A stretch of 64,000 nt of DNA, taken from positions 236,570 through 300,569 of the forward strand of contig JAFEGJ010000005.1 of assembly GCA_018240015.1 (NCBI GenBank), given 5' to 3'. This stretch comes from Verrucomicrobiota bacterium (GTDB taxonomy: Bacteria > Chlamydiota > Chlamydiia > Chlamydiales > Rhabdochlamydiaceae). The position numbers were made by a program, and so were the translations under genes. This document shows, piece after piece, positions 45,156-58,385 of this stretch; within the stretch, counting starts at the first letter, position 1; each line of letters starts with the position of its first letter. A model generated the notes under the pieces. It was not told the DNA's origin. It saw only the letters and a list, made by a program, of their open reading frames with translations, and ran no database searches.

Positions 45156-46400
45156 ATGAACCGAACACGCCGTTTGACGCTACTGTCTGCCACTGTCTTG
45201 CTGTCGCAAGGCTTTGCTGCTGACGTCACGAATCAAGATCTCCAGTCTTTGCGTGACTGGTTCAACTCCAAACGTCTCGTCACGGTGAAAGAACTCGGTG
45301 GCCAGCTTTCTATCAGCGGCGATGTTCACGCAGAGCTCCAATCGACGACAGAGACGAAAAATGGTGAGCGTCAACGCGGACGAGGAAGTCCTCTGACCTC
45401 TCCTAATGGAACGTGGGATGTCGAATTCAACCTCAATATCGATTACCGTACCGAACGTTCCTGGGTAGCGGGAAGGATGAGATTTGACAATGACGCGGGA
45501 GTTGTGACCGATCACGTCAGCAAAGGTACATTTGGTAAAATCAAAGTCGATCGAGCTTACTTTGGATATCGCTTTGTAGACCATGATCAACATACGGCGG
45601 ATGCAGAAATTGGCCGACGTGGGATGTCTTACATTTTTGACTCCAAATTACAATTTGCCTCAAATTTTGATGGCGTGAATGTCAAGGATTCCTATGCTTT
45701 CGAGACGGTAGGAGACTTCTACTATCAGTTGGGTGCGTTTATTATCGACGAAAGAGTGTCGCGCGCCGGGTATATTGGCGAAACGGGACTTTTGAATATC
45801 GCTCATACGGGCTTCTACGCGAAATATTCACTTGTTGATTGGAATACCAAACACAACCCTGAGAAGACTCCTCATCAGTTCGATTTTATTATCTCCCAAG
45901 TGCTCCTTGGCTATAAGTTCATTCCTGTTATTTTGGATAGGCCGATCGAACTTTATATAGCTGGCATCTATAACCACCGCGCTCGAAAATTGGAGGTCTC
46001 TGACCATAAATTAGCCAATGCAGCGGGATATACAGGGTTCAAAATCGGGCAAACAAAAATTGCCGGCGATTGGTCCTTTGAAACTTGTTACCAAGTTGTT
46101 CAGGCGCAATCGATGCCCTCTTTTGATAACAACGGGATTGGGATGGGGGGGAGTGTCAACCACACCTTTTATTACAAGAAAGGTAAGGACAAAAAAGGCA
46201 AAGAGAGTCTTGTTCCGACGACTAGAAAAAACGCCGAAGGCAATGTCAACTATCAAGGCTTTTTCTTGAACCTCCAGTATCTGCTTACCAATAACATCAA
46301 CATCTTCCAGCAATGGCAGCAGTCAGTAACTCTTGACGATGATATTGGGCCATTTAGACGATTCAAGCAGTACGAGATCGATTTTATTTATCTCTTCTAA
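45156..46400 (+). CDS. outer-membrane beta-barrel (porin-like) protein
   Basis: Signal peptide MNRTRRLTLLSATVLLSQGFA, amphipathic strand pattern, and C-terminal EIDFIYLF. Confidence 0.75.
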   Translation: MNRTRRLTLLSATVLLSQGFAADVTNQDLQSLRDWFNSKRLVTVKELGGQLSISGDVHAELQSTTETKNGERQRGRGSPLTSPNGTWDVEFNLNIDYRTERSWVAGRMRFDNDAGVVTDHVSKGTFGKIKVDRAYFGYRFVDHDQHTADAEIGRRGMSYIFDSKLQFASNFDGVNVKDSYAFETVGDFYYQLGAFIIDERVSRAGYIGETGLLNIAHTGFYAKYSLVDWNTKHNPEKTPHQFDFIISQVLLGYKFIPVILDRPIELYIAGIYNHRARKLEVSDHKLANAAGYTGFKIGQTKIAGDWSFETCYQVVQAQSMPSFDNNGIGMGGSVNHTFYYKKGKDKKGKESLVPTTRKNAEGNVNYQGFFLNLQYLLTNNINIFQQWQQSVTLDDDIGPFRRFKQYEIDFIYLF

Positions 46401-46425
46401 TTTTATCTATGTCCCACTAAAGTGA

Positions 46426-46455
46426 AAATTGGCAGCGCATTTGCGCTGCCAATTT
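46426..46455 (+). terminator. perfect 14-bp stem hairpin downstream of the porin-like gene
   Basis: AAATTGGCAGCGCA-TT-TGCGCTGCCAATTT, starting 26 nt after the stop codon. No long T tract follows. Confidence 0.55.
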
Positions 46456-46471
46456 ACTTATGGGGGAGATC

Positions 46472-46702
46472 ATGCGTTATTTTTGGTTTCTTTTAGTTAT
46501 AGCTAGCGTTGCTTGGGGAGATAGCAAGCATGATCACGATCGTGATCATCATGAAAAAGAACACGAACATAAGAAAAAACACGATGACGAGTCCAAAAAA
46601 AGAGATCGTGATCGTGAAAAACATCACGATAAAGAAAAGCATCACTCGCAAGCTGAAGAGGTCGAGGAAAATTCCATAGAAGCGGCTACTGATACTCTCT
46701 AG
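46472..46702 (+). CDS. small secreted His/Asp/Lys/Glu-rich protein
   Basis: MRYFWFLLVIASVAWG signal-like N-terminus, then HDHDRDHHEKEHEHKKKHDDESKKRDRDREKHHDKEKHH. It stops 1 nt before the glgB ATG. Confidence 0.6.
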   Translation: MRYFWFLLVIASVAWGDSKHDHDRDHHEKEHEHKKKHDDESKKRDRDREKHHDKEKHHSQAEEVEENSIEAATDTL

Positions 46703-46703
46703 T

Positions 46704-51763
<5,060 letters not shown>

Positions 51764-51885
51764 TTCTCGATCCTCCGCTGCTCAGTATAGTTCGCCGCTC
51801 GAATAATTTTCCCTCTTTTCTAAAATAGCTCCTTTCGGATATCACAAAAATTGTATCACTAAACCTTGCAAGGAGTGTTATTTTT

Positions 51886-52437
51886 ATGAATCAAAAGCTA
51901 TTTAAATGCGCCTTAGCCGGCGGCTTTATCTTGTTCATTTGGGGGATGGTCTCTTGGGCCGTGCTTCCTTGGCACAAGATGTATATGCATAAATTCCAAG
52001 ATGAAGAGCGTGTAGCTCGGGTCATTAAAGACAATGCCTCAGAAAGCGGCATGTATGTTCTTCCGAACATGCTCAATATGAAAAGAGGCTCTGACGAAAT
52101 GAAAGAAGCTCAAGAGCAAATGCGCTCTGGTCCTTTTGTCTTTGCTTCTGTGTCATTAGAAGGGAAAAATCCTGACAGAATTGTGCCCATGGTTCAAGGG
52201 CTTATTCTGAATCTGGTCGTGGCTTGCTTTGCTAGCTGGCTCCTGATGCAGACAAGATTGAATTTCAACAAGAGCGTAGGGTTCATCACCGTTATCGGTG
52301 TGCTCGTAGCTCTGATGTCGACGATTCCTCACTGGATATGGTTCCATTTCCATGCAGGATTCATCGCAGCTTGTATCTTTGAAACAGTTCTTGGCTGGTT
52401 CTTCGCCGGTCTTGCAATTGCTAAAATTGCTCGCTAA
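51886..52437 (+). CDS. membrane protein, unknown function
   Basis: Four hydrophobic helices in a 183-codon ORF. Confidence 0.6.
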   Translation: MNQKLFKCALAGGFILFIWGMVSWAVLPWHKMYMHKFQDEERVARVIKDNASESGMYVLPNMLNMKRGSDEMKEAQEQMRSGPFVFASVSLEGKNPDRIVPMVQGLILNLVVACFASWLLMQTRLNFNKSVGFITVIGVLVALMSTIPHWIWFHFHAGFIAACIFETVLGWFFAGLAIAKIAR

Positions 52438-53870
52438 TTCGCGAGTAGTTCCAATGTAGAGGGGATTTTCCCCTCTACTAAATCTCCAATCAGTGTTTGA
52501 TGGCTATAACTGTGGACCTTCACCTTTTGCAGGGTTCCAATCAGTTCGTCTCCTCCAGAGAAAATGACATTTTTCCAACATCTGGTTCTTCCTTTCAGAT
52601 GTTTTTCATCGCGATTGCGTCTTTCGACGAGGACTTCGACTTCTTGTCCGAGCATCTTTTGGCGATCAGCTCCCGCAATCTCTTGGTAGAGTTCTAAAAG
52701 CCTATGGAGTCTGTCTTGTTTTACCTCTTCGGCGATATCGTCTTTCCATCGAAATGCTGGTGTGCCTTTACGGGCGCTGTAGGCAAAAAGGAAGGCGACA
52801 GAGAATCCGACCTCTCTAAATCGATCATACGTCTCTTGGAATTCTTCTTCGGTCTCTGTAGGAAAGCCGACGATGATGTCGGTTCCGAGCGCCACATCGG
52901 GAACGATCGAGCGGAGGAGGGCGACTTTTTCGAGGTACGTCTCAATGGTGTAGATCCGGTGCATTTTGCGCAGCACACGATTGGATCCGGCTTGCATGGG
53001 GAAATGGACAAACTCGCAAGCGGAAGGCAGGTCCCGGATCGCTTGCATGAGCTCTACCGTGATGTCGACGGGGTGCGACGTCATGAACCGAACGCGCTCA
53101 AGTCCCTCGATTTTATCAAGGCGATAAAGTAGGTCGTGAAATAGACAATTCCACTCGGGCTTGTCTTTTCCATAACTGTTGACGTTTTGACCGAGCAGGG
53201 TGATTTCTTTGTATCCCGCTTGTACGAGCCGGCGGCATTCTTCTTCTATACTTTCGGGGGGCCTTGAGACTTCTTGCCCGCGGGTATAGGGAACCACGCA
53301 GTACGTACAAAATTTATCGCATCCCCGAATAATGGAGACGTAGGCTTTGACCGGATCATCTCTCTTTGCAACTAGATAATCTAAATTTTCTTCGAACTGG
53401 TTATCGGTCCGAATCGACTGCTTGCCTGTTTCTAGCACCTCATCGAGCACTGAATTGAGGTCGGAGATGTTATTGGTCCCTAGGACAAAGTCGATGTGGG
53501 GGAGTTTGCGGAAGAGCGTTTCTTTTTTGGCCATGGCCATACAGCCGGTTACGCCAATGAGCGACTTTTTCTTTTTGAGCCCCAGCTTACCGATTTTACC
53601 CATCACCTTGCGCTCGGCCAGGTCACGGATCGAGCAGGTATTGAAGAGGAGAAGATCAGCGGCTTCTTCATCCTGAATGCGCTGCATACCCCGTTTTTCA
53701 AGGAGGCCGACCATGATCTCGGAGTCGAGCTCATTCATCTGGCAGCCGTAGGTACGAATAAAAAAAGTCTTTGGTTGTTGCATAAGAGAGGTAGATTCTA
53801 CCTTTAGGGGGAGATCTTTGGCAAGAGGGGGCATTTTTAATTCCTTACTTGGCAAAAAACCTTGCTTCAT
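52434..53870 (-). CDS. miaB: tRNA-i6A37 methylthiotransferase MiaB
   Basis: FFIRTYGCQMNELDSE, CDKFCTYCVVPYTRG and a TRAM end. The start may be the internal Met at 53783. Confidence 0.92.
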   Translation of the reverse strand: MKQGFLPSKELKMPPLAKDLPLKVESTSLMQQPKTFFIRTYGCQMNELDSEIMVGLLEKRGMQRIQDEEAADLLLFNTCSIRDLAERKVMGKIGKLGLKKKKSLIGVTGCMAMAKKETLFRKLPHIDFVLGTNNISDLNSVLDEVLETGKQSIRTDNQFEENLDYLVAKRDDPVKAYVSIIRGCDKFCTYCVVPYTRGQEVSRPPESIEEECRRLVQAGYKEITLLGQNVNSYGKDKPEWNCLFHDLLYRLDKIEGLERVRFMTSHPVDITVELMQAIRDLPSACEFVHFPMQAGSNRVLRKMHRIYTIETYLEKVALLRSIVPDVALGTDIIVGFPTETEEEFQETYDRFREVGFSVAFLFAYSARKGTPAFRWKDDIAEEVKQDRLHRLLELYQEIAGADRQKMLGQEVEVLVERRNRDEKHLKGRTRCWKNVIFSGGDELIGTLQKVKVHSYSHQTLIGDLVEGKIPSTLELLAN

Positions 53871-53902
53871 CTATCCTGTAAACTTAAACCTGGATATTCC
53901 CT

Positions 53903-54340
53903 ATGAAAAAGACAACCCTATTAACGAAAGAGAAAGCCGTTCAAGAGCGCAAATGGCTCCTTTTAGATGCTACCGGAAAGACTCTCGGACGCTTTGCTTC
54001 TGAGGTCGCCCAAATCCTCCGTGGAAAGCATAAAACAAATTTTACTCCCCATGTCGATTGCGGGGACGGCGTGATCATTATCAATGCCGATAAAATTAAA
54101 GTTACAGGGGCAAAAGAGGCTCAAAAAGTTTATTACTACCATACCGGCGCGATGAGCGGTCTGAGGGAAGTTCCTTACCGTGTGATGAAAGCACGTAAAC
54201 CGGCTTACATCCTCGAGCATGCGATTGCAGGTATGATGCCCCAAAGTCGTCTAGCAAAGCAGCAACTCCGCAAATTGCGTATTTTCGCAGGTGCTGAGCA
54301 CGATATGGTATCGCAACAACCCATCCCTTTAAACATTTAA
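53903..54340 (+). CDS. rplM: 50S ribosomal protein L13
   Basis: WLLLDATGKTLGRFASEVAQILRGKHK... is colinear with L13. Confidence 0.96.
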   Translation: MKKTTLLTKEKAVQERKWLLLDATGKTLGRFASEVAQILRGKHKTNFTPHVDCGDGVIIINADKIKVTGAKEAQKVYYYHTGAMSGLREVPYRVMKARKPAYILEHAIAGMMPQSRLAKQQLRKLRIFAGAEHDMVSQQPIPLNI

Positions 54341-54356
54341 TACGGAAGAATAAATC

Positions 54357-54746
54357 ATGGCAGAAGAAAAAATAGGTACTGGTCGTCGTAAAACATCCGT
54401 CGCCTCCGTGCGCGTAAGACCAGGATCGGGCGTCGTCACCGTCAATGGCCGTAAGTTTGAAGATTATTTTACCCTTCCTCTCCAACGAGACACTGTTTTA
54501 GCTCCTATGAAAAAATTCTCTAATCCCGAGAAGTTTGATCTCATCGTTCGCGTAAAAGGCGGAGGAGTGGAGGCACAAGTGATAGCAGCCCGTTTGGGTA
54601 TTGCCCGTGCTCTCTTGAAGGGCGATGTTTCTTTGAGAGGAAGTCTCAAAGCAATAGGATTTTTAACCCGCGACTCTCGTAAGAAAGAACGTAAGAAATA
54701 CGGTCTGCGCAAAGCCCGTAAACGTTCACAATTCTCTAAACGTTAA
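54357..54746 (+). CDS. rpsI: 30S ribosomal protein S9
   Basis: GTGRRKTSVA, GGGVEAQ..AARLGIARAL and C-terminal KARKRSQFSKR. Confidence 0.96.
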   Translation: MAEEKIGTGRRKTSVASVRVRPGSGVVTVNGRKFEDYFTLPLQRDTVLAPMKKFSNPEKFDLIVRVKGGGVEAQVIAARLGIARALLKGDVSLRGSLKAIGFLTRDSRKKERKKYGLRKARKRSQFSKR

Positions 54747-54772
54747 GAAAAAATTACTCCTTGTTGATACAG

Positions 54773-54800
54773 GTCCTCAGGTTTTCCTGGGGACTTTTTT
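54773..54800 (+). terminator. rho-independent terminator after rpsI
   Basis: GTCCTCAGG-TTTT-CCTGGGGAC (one G:U) followed by TTTTTT. Confidence 0.7.
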
Positions 54801-56019
54801 ATAAAATTTCAATTTTTTGCAAAATGATGAGACCCCTTTGAATAAAGGGATCGTTTTCACTGCGCCCTTCTTTGGCCTTTGCGAAAACTTCAGGAGGAAT
54901 ATTAGCGGCGTGATCACGCTTGTCGAAACTCAATTTTCGAGATGCTGCGATCCAGAAAGCGTCTATTAAGTCGTTATCTTTCGTATACATGATTTCGCCG
55001 GTCTTTGGGCGATATTCCGTCATTTCCATATCGACAAAGGCATTCCAAGAGTCTTTGAGTTGTTTGTTAGTAGGTTCGTGAGAAAGAATGATGTCGGCAA
55101 ATTGAACGTAGAGTTTCCGGTGCTCAGGAGGAATCAAAGAGCATAGCGAGCTATGATAGAAGTCGTGGTACCAAAAACGAAAGCCTTTCGCGGAGCTTCC
55201 ATCGGCCGATAATGGAAAATTAATATAGGGGAAAAGAAGACCCATATCGCGCTCATTATTTAGTCCATTATCATGGATGTCCTTTTCTGAAGAAAGCCCG
55301 AGGACTGGGTTGATTTTTACAGCTTGATTGCCATGACAGACATCGAGAAAAGCTTGCATCATTCCCATAGAGGGGAGCATATGGCGATCTTCGCTGCACG
55401 CTCCGAACACATTAAATCCCACGCGTTCGGAGTGAATGTCTCCAGCGAAGGTCATGAGATCGGCATTACCGCCGGCATACTCCTTTTCTTGAGAATACGG
55501 AATCAAAAAGAACTGCTGCTGTACGGGATCAGCCGTTTCCATTTTCTTAAAAAAAGCTGTCAGGTGTTCTTCTGTTTGTTGGTCAGGAGGCCAGGTTTCA
55601 ATGAGGAGTTTTTTTGCTTCTTCATTGACTTTTCCTTGGATAAAGAGGGGGACCGATCTGATATTTTTGGTTTCGGTCTGAGCGGAGTAGAAAATCAAAA
55701 TTGTGGCTAAGGCTTCGGGGGTAATTTGTCCTTCGTGTAAAGCAGCCAAGGCTAGATAGGGGTAATCAGCCTTATGAAAAACCGGAGCATCCCAATTTTG
55801 GGTATTGAGGGCGGCTTTTAAGGCATGGACGTCATCATTAAAGGAAGAGGAGTGGATAATTTTGGATAGCTTTGTTTCGATGTGTTTTTTTTCTTGCGGA
55901 GACACTCGTCGTATAAACTCATTAAACGCTTTTTCGCTTTGCTGAGCAGGTGCGCCCAAGGGCGTGGTGGCTGCAAATGGATTGGGAATGTTGGGTAAAT
56001 TAAAGCCAAATATCTTCAT
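54799..56019 (-). CDS. hypothetical protein (no recognisable domain)
   Basis: 406-codon ORF preceded by an extremely AT-rich 122-bp upstream region. Confidence 0.6.
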   Translation of the reverse strand: MKIFGFNLPNIPNPFAATTPLGAPAQQSEKAFNEFIRRVSPQEKKHIETKLSKIIHSSSFNDDVHALKAALNTQNWDAPVFHKADYPYLALAALHEGQITPEALATILIFYSAQTETKNIRSVPLFIQGKVNEEAKKLLIETWPPDQQTEEHLTAFFKKMETADPVQQQFFLIPYSQEKEYAGGNADLMTFAGDIHSERVGFNVFGACSEDRHMLPSMGMMQAFLDVCHGNQAVKINPVLGLSSEKDIHDNGLNNERDMGLLFPYINFPLSADGSSAKGFRFWYHDFYHSSLCSLIPPEHRKLYVQFADIILSHEPTNKQLKDSWNAFVDMEMTEYRPKTGEIMYTKDNDLIDAFWIAASRKLSFDKRDHAANIPPEVFAKAKEGRSENDPFIQRGLIILQKIEIL

Positions 56020-56141
56020 AATATATAATATTAATTATATATAATTTATATTTTAATTCAAATTAAGTGTAATTAACCTAATTTAAGTTATTTATAATTC
56101 TTATATTGTAAATTAATTTCTTTAATCTTATATTTAGGTCT

Positions 56142-56603
56142 ATGGAAGGAAAGAAGGTTTCAGAGTCGGCGGTTCACGATCAAACCACTGTCGTTTTTCC
56201 CAATGATCTCAATGCTTATGGAACCCTATTCGGAGGGCGCGTTCTCGATCTATGTGATCGGCTAGCCGGGGTGGTAGCCAAGCGGCATTCAGGGCGGATG
56301 TGCGTGACGCTGGGGATCGACTCGGTCCGTTTTTTGGCGCCGGCCAAGCACGGCGATATTTTGGTTCTTAAGGCTTCAGTCAACCGCGTGTGGAATAGTT
56401 CGATGGAAATTGGCATTAAGGTGTTTAAGGAAGATTTTCGGACGCAGGAAAAAGTCCATATTTTGTCGGCTTACTTCACGTTCGTGGCCCTCGATGACGA
56501 TATGAATCCGACCAAGATTCCTCCCCTCATCCCTGAAACGGAAGACGAAAAGCGTCGCTACAAAGCTGCTGAAGAGCGTCATCGACTTCGACTAAGAAAA
56601 TGA
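56142..56603 (+). CDS. acyl-CoA thioesterase (hotdog fold, YciA/BFIT-like)
   Basis: NAYGTLFGGRVLDLCDRLAGVVA and SMEIGIKV blocks typical of this thioesterase family. Confidence 0.85.
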   Translation: MEGKKVSESAVHDQTTVVFPNDLNAYGTLFGGRVLDLCDRLAGVVAKRHSGRMCVTLGIDSVRFLAPAKHGDILVLKASVNRVWNSSMEIGIKVFKEDFRTQEKVHILSAYFTFVALDDDMNPTKIPPLIPETEDEKRRYKAAEERHRLRLRK

Positions 56604-58106
56604 CCCATATTTTTTATTGAGATAAGCGATAAAGGGCTTCTCAGAGAGAGGGCTACCCGTCGCTCTTTGGATGAGCTCAGAGGGAGTATACATCCGGCCC
56701 CAGCGGTGGATGTTTTCTTTCTGCCACTCACGGATGTGAGAAAGATCGCCTTTTTTGACTTCTTCTTCCCAATTCGGACGCTGCCTGGAAAAAGCTTCGA
56801 TGAATTGAGCAGCATAGAGATTGCCGAGAGTATAGGTAGGAAAATACCCAAATCCTCCGGACGACCAGTGGATGTCTTGAAGGCAGCCCAGATCGTCTGA
56901 GGGAGGTCTAATCCCGAGGAGTCTTTCCATTTCACTATTCCACATTTCAGGGAGATCTTTGACCTTGAGCGATCCTTCGATGAGTTTTCTTTCGATGTTG
57001 TAGCGCAAAATGATGTGGAGGTTGTAGGTCATCTCGTCGGACTCGACACGGATGAGCGTCGGCTCTACGCGATTGATGGTTCTATAGTAATCTTGGAGGG
57101 GCAGTGTTTCAAAAGGCTGCGGGAAGAACTTTTGCAGTAGCGGGTAATAGTATTCCCAAAATGGAAGGCTATAGCCGATGAATCGCTCCCACCAGCGGGA
57201 TTGGCTTTCATCGATGCCAAGCGAGACAGATTCACACAGGGGCGAGCCGAACTCTTTCTCGGGGCGGCCTGCGTTGTAAAGGCCGTGGCCTCCTTCGTGC
57301 ATGACCGATCCTATATTCGACATGATATCCTGAGGAGCTGTCCGCGTCGTGAGTCTTGTGTCGAGGGGGTGGAGGCCGCTGCAAAACGGGTGGACAGCGG
57401 TGTCGAGTCGAAAAGCATTGGGATCAAGCCCCATCTTTTGGAGGATGTCTTTTCCGATTAAGAGCTGCTTTTCCGCAGGAAAATGGCCTTTGATGCGATC
57501 CGTGTTGCAGGCTGTTTTAACCGTCCATTCTTTGACTAAAGGTGTCAGGGCAGCTTCAAGCCTAGTTAGAAGGGGTGTTAGCTGAGCAACGGTAAGTTCG
57601 GGCTCATAGAGATCAAGAAGAGCATCGTAGGGATGGTCTTTGTATCCCAGAAGATCGGCTTTTTTGCGGCAAAGAGAGACGATTTTATCGAGCTCTTTTG
57701 AAAAGAGCGAAAACTTTTTCTCTTTGCGCGCGGCTACCCAGGCATGGTAGCCGGCAGAACTGGCATGCGCAAAGTTTTTCACAAAAGCGGGCGGCAATTT
57801 AATTGCTCTTAAGTGATCACGCCTGAGCTCTCTTAGGACAGCTTTTTGAGCTGCATCCATGTCAGAAGATAAAACTTGGCCAGATTCCAAATCGATAAGC
57901 TGGCTTAAAAGATGGGTGAATTTCACCCCCGTTGTGAGCTTGTGGATGTGCGTAGCGCACGTGGCAAAAGCATCGGCTCGTATATACGCTGCTGCCGGCG
58001 GCATCATCGTCTCTTGATCCCAATCGAGAAGTCCTCGCATCATGTCGTAGAGTTGGATCTCTTTCGAAAGATCCAGGAGCTTGTCGTAAGCACTCTTTTT
58101 TTTCAT
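56592..58106 (-). CDS. M32 carboxypeptidase (Taq type)
   Basis: HEGGHGLY zinc site, DIHWSSGGFGYFPTYTLGN and IRVESDE blocks. Confidence 0.92.
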   Translation of the reverse strand: MKKKSAYDKLLDLSKEIQLYDMMRGLLDWDQETMMPPAAAYIRADAFATCATHIHKLTTGVKFTHLLSQLIDLESGQVLSSDMDAAQKAVLRELRRDHLRAIKLPPAFVKNFAHASSAGYHAWVAARKEKKFSLFSKELDKIVSLCRKKADLLGYKDHPYDALLDLYEPELTVAQLTPLLTRLEAALTPLVKEWTVKTACNTDRIKGHFPAEKQLLIGKDILQKMGLDPNAFRLDTAVHPFCSGLHPLDTRLTTRTAPQDIMSNIGSVMHEGGHGLYNAGRPEKEFGSPLCESVSLGIDESQSRWWERFIGYSLPFWEYYYPLLQKFFPQPFETLPLQDYYRTINRVEPTLIRVESDEMTYNLHIILRYNIERKLIEGSLKVKDLPEMWNSEMERLLGIRPPSDDLGCLQDIHWSSGGFGYFPTYTLGNLYAAQFIEAFSRQRPNWEEEVKKGDLSHIREWQKENIHRWGRMYTPSELIQRATGSPLSEKPFIAYLNKKYGSFS

Positions 58107-58155
58107 AGATGGTATTATGGGTACTTACAAACAAATGCTTTTATGCGCAAGTGCT

Positions 58156-58253
58156 GATACTCAGCCAAAAGTGGCAAAAAAACGAGATTTGGCTGAGTAT
58201 CGATAGATAACCAGCCAAAACTATCCTTTCAGGACCACTTTTGGCTGATTATC
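58156..58253. repeat. four copies of the motif GATA-n-n-CAGCCAAA(A) in alternating orientation
   Basis: Copies at 58156-58174 (+), 58187-58201 (-), 58206-58220 (+) and 58235-58253 (-). Copies 1 and 4 share 18 of 19 nt (GATAnTCAGCCAAAAGTGG). Confidence 0.7.
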
Positions 58254-58385
58254 AGATATGCCATTATTTTGGAGGATTAGCACGAACAATTTAACCGCCT
58301 GGTTACCTGGTTATATGGTGCTTGCAATTGTGATATATTTGAATATATCAAAACTTGAGAAAATGTTGCATTGAAGTATATGAGC

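Noticed and set aside
56020-56141. The extremely AT-rich region as a replication origin.
   Set aside because: I recognised no DnaA-box-like 9-mers, and neither dnaA nor dnaN is adjacent. A divergent promoter or silenced-gene upstream region is the simpler reading.
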